Virus record (IMG/VR): IMGVR_UViG_2974514734_000001
Span: 1 to 32,682 of that record
DNA: 32,682 nucleotides
Direction: 5' to 3' (one strand)
Origin: a virus
Lineage: Duplodnaviria > Heunggongvirae > Uroviricota > Caudoviricetes > Ackermannviridae
The position numbers and the translations under genes are program-made. Positions 1 through 5,809 of the stretch are shown piece by piece; positions within the stretch are counted from its first letter, which is position 1, and every line of letters begins with the position of its first letter. The notes under the pieces were generated by a model. That model was not told where the DNA came from. It did no database searches and saw only the letters and a list, made by a program, of their open reading frames with translations.

Positions 1-167
1 CACACCCTCCCGCCTATTTTTAGTGCGCCGAATTTGGTGATGAGGAATCGGAAGACCTCACTGGTGTATGGCTGTTAAGCTACTGCCAGGAACGTGTTAT
101 CATTAGCGATTATTTTTGTGGTCAGTTTCTAAAAACCCGCAAAGTCACACACAACGAAAACGAAAAC

Positions 168-232
168 CTGTTTGAGTCCTAAACCTACCTGTCTTGGTCT
201 CACATCGCTATGAGTGGCCAGGACTCAAACAG
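168..232 (-). ncRNA. Putative structured RNA: perfect 13-bp stem enclosing an inner hairpin
   Basis: CTGTTTGAGTCCT (168-180) and AGGACTCAAACAG (220-232) are exact reverse complements. An inner CTCA/TGAG stem is present. It lies ~20 nt downstream of the - strand promoter-like motif at 252-277. Confidence 0.45.
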
Positions 233-251
233 CTTGCCGTTCAGTGAGTTA

Positions 252-277
252 ACTATACTTTGTAACCCGTTATTGAT
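252..277 (-). promoter_or_regulatory. Promoter-like motif ATCAAT-N14-TATAGT
   Basis: Near match to the TTCAAT-N14-TATAAT motif at 1624-1649, with the same 14-nt spacing. Confidence 0.6.
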
Positions 278-294
278 AAAACCTTTTATTTTGT

Positions 295-361
295 TGGCGA
301 GGGTGTGGAATCGAACCACACTTCTGAGCGCTACCCCGTGTCACCAATGCACCACCTCACC
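295..361 (-). ncRNA. tRNA-like RNA / pseudo-tRNA with truncated anticodon arm
   Basis: The - strand reads GGTGAGG-TG-GTGCATTGGTGACAC-GGGGTAGCGCTC-AGAA-GTGTGG-TTCGATT-CCACAC-CCTCGCC-A. It has a 7-bp acceptor stem, a D arm with GG and a canonical TTCGATT T loop. The anticodon arm is only ~11-12 nt and there is no encoded CCA. Confidence 0.7.
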
Positions 362-369
362 ATCGATTT

Positions 370-465
370 GCCGGAACTTACGCATCCGGCCTCGTCCTGT
401 CGGTGTTCTTCTGAATCCGGGAAGATCAGCAGGAACCATGAATCAAGTTAATTCAACCAACAGGA
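370..465 (-). ncRNA. Putative structured RNA (multi-branch junction plus GNRA-capped hairpin)
   Basis: On the - strand TCCTGTTGGT (456-465) pairs with ACCGACAGGA (395-404) over 10 bp with one G-U, enclosing two hairpins. It is followed by GCCGGA...GC-GTAA-GT...TCCGGC (370-390). Confidence 0.5.
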
Positions 466-484
466 ACCTTGTTGCCCTTTGACG

Positions 485-521
485 CAACATTATGAACCCT
501 CTATGAAGACTCATAATGTTG
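485..521 (-). other. Long hairpin (11-bp perfect inverted repeat, extended by G-U pairs on the - strand)
   Basis: CAACATTATGA (485-495) and TCATAATGTTG (511-521). The interior continues pairing through G-U pairs only on the - strand. Confidence 0.6.
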
Positions 522-523
522 TC

Positions 524-613
524 GGCGTGATGGAGATTAGCGCCCCCGACCTCCCCTTATATGTTGGTGTCAACTTGCCGACGGGGTGCTCTCTGATTCT
601 GAGCTAATCACGC
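524..613 (-). ncRNA. tRNA-Ile-like RNA with an expanded anticodon loop and non-canonical T loop
   Basis: The - strand reads GCGTGAT-TA-GCTC-AGAATCAGA-GAGC-A-CCCC-[26 nt]-GGGG-AGGTC-GGGGG-CGCTAAT-CTCC-ATCACGC-C. Acceptor and D stems are perfect. The GCACCCC...ATAAGGG.AGGTCGG context resembles enterobacterial tRNA-Ile. No encoded CCA. Confidence 0.7.
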
Positions 614-619
614 TACAAC

Positions 620-760
620 AGGGAGTTTCGTTCTCCGACGGTCAAGTGCGTCCACTGACACCAGCGAGGTGGATATTGACTTATGGAGCCGGAGTCCTCG
701 TCCTAGGACTGTGCTTGGCCTCAGCCTTTACACCGCTGGTCGCCCGACTCTTTACACCAT
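620..760 (-). ncRNA. Putative pseudoknotted RNA
   Basis: Nested stems CTCCGGC/GTCGGAG, GTCAA/TTGAC and TCCAC/GTGGA. The terminal loop contains CGCTGGT, complementary to ACCAGCG at 734-740. It begins just downstream of the promoter-like motif at 768-794. Confidence 0.55.
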
Positions 761-767
761 AAAATTT

Positions 768-794
768 ACTATACTACAGCCCAGCTAATTTGAA
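768..794 (-). promoter_or_regulatory. Promoter-like motif TTCAAA-N15-TATAGT
   Basis: Resembles TTCAAT-N14-TATAAT and shares its -10 hexamer with the motif at 252-277. Confidence 0.5.
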
Positions 795-813
795 AAGTCC
801 TCTCCCCTTTGAG

Positions 814-960
814 CTACACTGCCCACAGCAGTGCGGACGAACCTTCACTCAAAACCGGATGCGCCGAAGTGGGCAACTGTTTACCGGACTGATCGGGTAG
901 ACCCAGGAGAGAGCAGGTAATCCCGATCAGGAGGATGAGGAGTAACATCATGTAAAACAT
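814..960 (-). CDS. Small hydrophobic protein, 48 aa (MFYMMLLLILLIGITCSLLGLPDQSGKQLPTSAHPVLSEGSSALLWAV), not in the ORF track
   Basis: ATG at 960 and TAG at 816-814. GGAGG sits 7 nt upstream (972-968). The N-terminal ~21 residues are uncharged and hydrophobic. A TTCAAT motif lies at 1010-1005 upstream. Confidence 0.7.
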   Translation of the reverse strand: MFYMMLLLILLIGITCSLLGLPDQSGKQLPTSAHPVLSEGSSALLWAV

Positions 961-1017
961 AGTGTTCCCTCCCTTCCATGCAACTAACTTTACTACAATT
1001 ATTTATTGAATAAAGCG

Positions 1018-1587
1018 TTATTTTAACACTTCTAACTTCACAACACGACGCAGAAGGTAAACATATTCGCCAGCAGCTTCATGCGTCATATAATGGGTAG
1101 AAGGTGTGGAATGATTGTTCTGGGTTTCTTTTAATCCAACACGTTCTGCCCAACCATTAATAGAGTTCCCATAGAAACCGATAATCGCGCCAAAATAAAT
1201 GCGCTGGCTTTCTGGCTCTAAAACATAGTTGACAGTGAAGCAAATATCAGAACGAATAGACTCCAGTTTCATACCAACACGACCTTCGGAGAATTCGTTA
1301 CGAACATATAAATGACGGAAACGATCGCGCCGCGCTTGTGATGATTCTTCCAATTCTTGTCGAAGTGAAGAAGTTACGTCAATATTAAATGAAAATGTTG
1401 GATTCTGTAAATCGGAACGGGCCAACTCTAACGCAGATTCAACAACGCGACGGAAATTGATACTTTTACCTGTCAGGCGTTTCACTTCATCTGTGATTGT
1501 TCCAAAAGGGATTTTCGTGGCGCGTTCCCCTTCGTATTTTGCCAATAAAGGAATAATGTGTTTCATAATTGCTGTGTTAATGTGCAT
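1018..1587 (-). CDS. Hypothetical protein, 189 aa, probably early-expressed
   Basis: Long ORF with GTGAGG SD, directly downstream of TTCAAT-N14-TATAAT. No motif recognised. Confidence 0.8.
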   Translation of the reverse strand: MHINTAIMKHIIPLLAKYEGERATKIPFGTITDEVKRLTGKSINFRRVVESALELARSDLQNPTFSFNIDVTSSLRQELEESSQARRDRFRHLYVRNEFSEGRVGMKLESIRSDICFTVNYVLEPESQRIYFGAIIGFYGNSINGWAERVGLKETQNNHSTPSTHYMTHEAAGEYVYLLRRVVKLEVLK

Positions 1588-1623
1588 TCCGGAGCCTCAC
1601 CGAATTGATTAAATGTCTCCATT

Positions 1624-1649
1624 ATTATATTGGAGATACGTTTATTGAA
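1624..1649 (-). promoter_or_regulatory. Early-type promoter TTCAAT-N14-TATAAT
   Basis: Exact motif on the - strand. It matches the consensus I recall for ViI-like phages. Confidence 0.8.
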
Positions 1650-1903
1650 TATAAACACAGGAATGGCCAATAAAATAATGACAGTGATTATTAATAGGTA
1701 AAAACTACTTTTCTACAACATCAAGAAACTGTATCTTAACGCGGTGCCCTTCGAGTTGTGAGTGTTAACGAACAACGAGAAGCAGCCTCCATGGCTGTGG
1801 AATGGGACTGCCTGTCAAGGCGGTGTTACGAGCGAGGGCGTCAGCCCCCTCGCGAGTATATTCGAATAAATTAAACGCGCGCGAGCGTTTTGATTCCCGT
1901 TGG

Positions 1904-1910
1904 CTAAATA
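1904..1910 (+). promoter_or_regulatory. Late promoter motif CTAAATA (gp6) with downstream SD-sequestering hairpin
   Basis: CTAAATA is followed by ATCTTCA...TGGAGAT and CACC/GGTG pairing that covers GGAG. Confidence 0.75.
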
Positions 1911-1950
1911 TCTTCAACACCATATTCAAACTCAGGTGATGGAGATTATC

Positions 1951-3732
1951 ATGGCCACGCAAACAGTTCCTTCACTCGACGTCAGAGCCTTTGAGTACAT
2001 TATCAAACAGCGAATGAAAGCTGATCCCACCTTTAAAGATTATGACTTTGAAGGTTCTGGTCTTAGTGCGATTATTCGTTTGTTGGCATCTGACGCGAAC
2101 GCCATAGCCTTTATGCAAAACATGCTTAATGGTGAAGGCCATTTGAAGACAGCAAATCAACGTTCAAACGTCGGTTTATCTGCTGCATTTCTTTCCTACA
2201 CGCCTGACAACTATCGGGCAGCATACATGTATGTCAACATCAAAGTTACGCCTTATGACGCCAGCACAGCGCCCAATGAGATCATCATGGATCGGCGTGT
2301 GATGTTCGTTGGGGCAAAAGATGGCAGTTCCTACAACTTTACTGTTGAGAAACCAGTGTCGGCAACGTTGACTGCAGACGGTTATTACATGTTCAACAAT
2401 GTAAAGTTGGTACAGGGGAATTGGTTGTACAAGACATATGATGTTGAAGGAAGCGCGATTTCAACATATACGATTCCTTCTGGGAATGTCGATATCAATC
2501 ATATGGTCGTGCAAGTACAAGAATCAGAGTCTTCCGACGTTTCGACGACATATCAACGTTACAACAGTCCATTTGATCTGAGCCAATATGCCTACCTGTA
2601 TTTCGTGGAATTGGGTATTGACGGTCTGTATGTGTTTGAATTCGGAGATGGTTATCTTTCGCGTCGAGTAGAAGATGGGAACGTCATATTCCTTCAATAC
2701 TTAGAAACTTCTGGTGCTGATGGGAATGATATTACAAGCCTGTCATCAGCGTCATCCATAGGCGGGTTTAACCAGGTCGATGTAGAATTAGTTTCCGAAC
2801 GTAGCGCAGGTGGAGACGATCCAGAATCTATTGAGGACACTAAACGGTTGGCTCCTTTAGCTTATCAGGCTGATGGTGCTGCGGTTACAGAAACAGATTA
2901 TGGTGTATTGACTGAAAGGTTATTCTCCAACGTCTCCCGAGCTAAATCATATGGTGGTGACACGCTGTCTCCTCCTGATTCTGGCTATGTTTACATCGCT
3001 GTTATACCTTCTGTTGGTGAGACACTTTCGGACGCTGAGAAGGCCGATATCGTTGCTGCTCTGGACAAGTATAATGTGGGATCTATTACCCCCAAAGTGG
3101 TAGACTCCGAGATCACATATATCCAAGTCTCAACGACTATATTTTGGGATCCTACTTCTACAGTCTACGTTGAAGAACAGATGAAAGTTGTTGTTGGAAA
3201 CAGTATCGTTAAATGGGGTGAAAATAATCTCGGCGGATTTGATCAATTGTTTGACAAAGAAATATTGCAGGAAGCAATTACAAAAATGGAGCGTTCTATT
3301 AACTCGAATATTACTTCGGTTGGTTATAAACGCCATTTCAAACCTGATTATGGAGTCTTAGACAGTTTCACATTCAGTTATGGACGAAGTATCAAACCTG
3401 GTTCTGTGAAAATAACGGGGTTCAAACCGCTTCCTGCCGAGGTGGATTTCACTTACTACATGCGCGACAATAATGGCGATTTGAACATGTATAAAGTGAA
3501 TAACAATGACACGACAAAAGAGTTTTTAGTTCAAAAAACAGGGGTTGTGGATTATGCAAATGGGGTTGTAGACCTTCAGCAGATCACGGTCTCTAACTAT
3601 AACCCTGAAGGGGTGACCATAGTCGTGTTACCGGATGGACTGAACCAGAACATACAGGCTACACAAAACCAAGTATTCAAGATTGGTGATGTGGTTGTTA
3701 CGCCAGAGGTGCGCTATGTCCAAAGATCTTAA
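1951..3732 (+). CDS. gp6: Baseplate wedge subunit, T4 gp6-like (593 aa from ATG 1951)
   Basis: N-terminal LDVRAFEYIIK...FKDYDFEGSGLSAIIRLLA and the ESIEDTK/AVTETDY motifs are typical of gp6. GGAG SD precedes 1951. Confidence 0.92.
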   Translation: MATQTVPSLDVRAFEYIIKQRMKADPTFKDYDFEGSGLSAIIRLLASDANAIAFMQNMLNGEGHLKTANQRSNVGLSAAFLSYTPDNYRAAYMYVNIKVTPYDASTAPNEIIMDRRVMFVGAKDGSSYNFTVEKPVSATLTADGYYMFNNVKLVQGNWLYKTYDVEGSAISTYTIPSGNVDINHMVVQVQESESSDVSTTYQRYNSPFDLSQYAYLYFVELGIDGLYVFEFGDGYLSRRVEDGNVIFLQYLETSGADGNDITSLSSASSIGGFNQVDVELVSERSAGGDDPESIEDTKRLAPLAYQADGAAVTETDYGVLTERLFSNVSRAKSYGGDTLSPPDSGYVYIAVIPSVGETLSDAEKADIVAALDKYNVGSITPKVVDSEITYIQVSTTIFWDPTSTVYVEEQMKVVVGNSIVKWGENNLGGFDQLFDKEILQEAITKMERSINSNITSVGYKRHFKPDYGVLDSFTFSYGRSIKPGSVKITGFKPLPAEVDFTYYMRDNNGDLNMYKVNNNDTTKEFLVQKTGVVDYANGVVDLQQITVSNYNPEGVTIVVLPDGLNQNIQATQNQVFKIGDVVVTPEVRYVQRS

Positions 3733-4570
3733 TAATGGACACAACGGGGTTAAGTATGAAACTCCGTTGTTCTACCAGAATGATTTCCCTCTGTTCATAG
3801 AATTTATGGACACGTTCTTCAATTGGCTGTATAGACAGCAGGGGTTCACTCAAGAAGAGATCTTGGCATATCTGGCAGATACGTCTAGTTGGATGAATCC
3901 CGAGAGTGAAGATTCTCCAGTTAAACAGCTGATTGATTTAAAGGCTGACAAGACCCCAGGCTCAGAGGCCAAGGATTATTTGTCTGATAAATTCTTGGTT
4001 CGTACCTTTGAGAACATGATGGCTCTGGATGCCGAAGAACTTTTAGATGCCGACGGAAGGCCGCTACTGTCAATAGAAGATAAGAACAAACAGATAGATG
4101 ACTGGTATAATGATTTTGGTTTCCAACGAACTGTTGATAAATCATTTCAGGAATTTGGTCATTTTATCCCAGTTGGTTCGGATTCTTTATTGACGGCCAC
4201 GGGCGATACGTTCTCTGTTTACATTGAAGGAACGAAACGGAGAACGCTAGATCATCCACGTTGGTTGAAACTGTTAAAACATATCTATAAAATCCGCGGA
4301 ACCAAGAAAGCAATTGAATTGTTCTTTTGGATATATTTCGGTTGTCCAGTCAGCGTCTATTTTACGAAAGAAGACATAGGCGGTCTGGACGGAAATTTTG
4401 AATGTGACGGCACGACAGGGATGCGTGATGATTACTATTATGATGAATACACTTATGTTATAGGAGTCCCAGGCGACGTATCTGATTTTGAAGGTGTGTT
4501 TGAGCGCGTCTTCCGTCAGCATTTCCATCCTGCTGGATTTACTGTATTCCTAGAAAGCACAAGGAGCTAA
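3716..4570 (+). CDS. Baseplate wedge protein, gp7/tail-sheath-initiator-like
   Basis: FPLFIEFMDTFFNWL and LKHIYKIRGTKKAIELFFWIYFG motifs, and ...FHPAGF at the C-terminus. Start re-assigned to the ATG after GAGGT, overlapping the gp6 end. Confidence 0.8.
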   Translation: MSKDLNNGHNGVKYETPLFYQNDFPLFIEFMDTFFNWLYRQQGFTQEEILAYLADTSSWMNPESEDSPVKQLIDLKADKTPGSEAKDYLSDKFLVRTFENMMALDAEELLDADGRPLLSIEDKNKQIDDWYNDFGFQRTVDKSFQEFGHFIPVGSDSLLTATGDTFSVYIEGTKRRTLDHPRWLKLLKHIYKIRGTKKAIELFFWIYFGCPVSVYFTKEDIGGLDGNFECDGTTGMRDDYYYDEYTYVIGVPGDVSDFEGVFERVFRQHFHPAGFTVFLESTRS

Positions 4571-4572
4571 AA

Positions 4573-5763
4573 ATGGCCGATTTCCTGAGTCAATATACAG
4601 GTCAGCAGATAGATCAGATATTGGGTTCTGTTGACGACAAAGTAAGTAAAAATGACGTTATTAACGATTTTGAAGTTAACGACCCATTGTTTCCACCATC
4701 TGCTCGCCTGACATACGAGTTGAAAAGATCTGTTGACACAATCAATGATACTTTGGCCAACAAAGTTATTCGGACAGATAGTGGTGAACAAACAATCAAT
4801 GGCAAAAAGACTTTCAATGCGTTGTTGGTGACCAATGGGGGCATACAAGTCCCTGCTGGAAAATCCGTTTCAATCACAGATGAACCAACGAACTCGACAG
4901 ATGGTGTTAACCTGAGCATGTTGAGAAAGCATGGCGTCAGTGAAGACACTACCCCGCCTGGTTCTGGTTTGGCTGGGGAGTTGTTGACATCCGGATATTA
5001 CAAATTCAATTTGGATTTCACCAGATTGTCTGCGTATACCGGACCAACGTTGCCGACTTCAGTTCCAGTACAAACAGATTCTGGAGCGCGTTATTGGGCA
5101 ATGACTGCATTTTTTGATGCGTTGTTTGCAGATAACCGATTTAATGGATATGTGACAACGACAGCGTATGATGCAGATATGCTGAGTTTAGAGTCTCAAA
5201 TTAATAACATCAACACGTCGTTGAACGGGAAAGTCAACACCTCGACTTACAACACTAAGATGGCGTCGTTGGATTTGAGTATCTCCAATATCAACACGTC
5301 TCTGGGTAATAAAGTCGAGGTCAGCACATATAATACGAAGATGACTTCCTTGGACGGCAGTATCAGTTCTCTCACGACTGGTAAGGTCGATGTATCAACG
5401 TATAATGCCAAAATGACCACAATTGATAACAGTTTAGGGAACGCAGTTTATCGCACAAAAACAAACTTGTCGTCATATACGGTTTCGGCTTCTGGAACGA
5501 CGGCTCTTCCAGATTTTGATTTGGTGAACCTTTGTCAAATACTGGTAACTGCGCAATGGGGGACGGGTAACGTTGTTGACACATATCGAGTAACCATAAC
5601 TCGTGACGGAACGATCAAAACAGAGTTGTTGGTTCAGAAAAGTACGAGCGGTACAGTGACGTTCACAGGGGCTGTGGTGGGTGGTAAATTGAGAATTTCC
5701 GTTGTTAATGCAAATACGACAACTGCTTGTTCTGTCGACTATTCTATTGCAGCTTCTTTCTAA
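4573..5763 (+). CDS. Trimeric fibre-like baseplate/tail protein (396 aa)
   Basis: GEQTINGKKTF fibre motif, PTNSTDGVNLSML neck-like motif and three ~27-aa coiled-coil repeats. It lies immediately before the tailspike cluster. Confidence 0.75.
   Translation: MADFLSQYTGQQIDQILGSVDDKVSKNDVINDFEVNDPLFPPSARLTYELKRSVDTINDTLANKVIRTDSGEQTINGKKTFNALLVTNGGIQVPAGKSVSITDEPTNSTDGVNLSMLRKHGVSEDTTPPGSGLAGELLTSGYYKFNLDFTRLSAYTGPTLPTSVPVQTDSGARYWAMTAFFDALFADNRFNGYVTTTAYDADMLSLESQINNINTSLNGKVNTSTYNTKMASLDLSISNINTSLGNKVEVSTYNTKMTSLDGSISSLTTGKVDVSTYNAKMTTIDNSLGNAVYRTKTNLSSYTVSASGTTALPDFDLVNLCQILVTAQWGTGNVVDTYRVTITRDGTIKTELLVQKSTSGTVTFTGAVVGGKLRISVVNANTTTACSVDYSIAASF
5209..5445 (+). repeat. Three imperfect ~81-bp in-frame tandem repeats
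   Basis: ATCAACACGTC starts at 5209 and 5290. Units are INTSLNGKVNTSTYNTKMASLDLSISN / INTSLGNKVEVSTYNTKMTSLDGSISS / LTTGKVDVSTYNAKMTTIDNSLGN. Confidence 0.85.
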
Positions 5764-5765
5764 AA

Positions 5766-5805
5766 CTAAATACCCCTAGATGACATGAATACATTTAGGG
5801 GTATT
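5766..5805 (+). promoter_or_regulatory. Late promoter CTAAATA overlapping a 14-bp SD-sequestering hairpin (TSP4)
   Basis: AATACCCCTAGATG (5769-5782) pairs with CATTTAGGGGTATT (5792-5805). ATG at 5810. Confidence 0.85.
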
Positions 5806-5809
5806 ACAA

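Noticed and set aside
1-14. GGCGGGAGGGTGTG at the window edge as a tRNA 5' end or an SD
   Set aside because: Truncated by the window and cannot be evaluated.
35-105. Possible third tRNA-like element ending CCTCATCACCA with a GAGG/CCTC hairpin
   Set aside because: Only 3-4 acceptor pairs and no clear D or anticodon arm. Not supportable as a feature.
210-482. 90-aa + strand ORF over the RNA array
   Set aside because: No convincing SD or protein-like features. It lies antisense to tRNA-like and structured elements better explained on the - strand.
1900-1950. Upstream ORF-track starts (also 3683, 11558, 14011, 16057, 20993, 21535, 24731, 28496)
   Set aside because: Downstream ATGs have proper SD spacing, and several upstream starts lie before or within the promoter or hairpin.
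1765-1962. 65-aa - strand ORF
   Set aside because: It overlaps the gp6 promoter and start, has no SD and has unremarkable composition.
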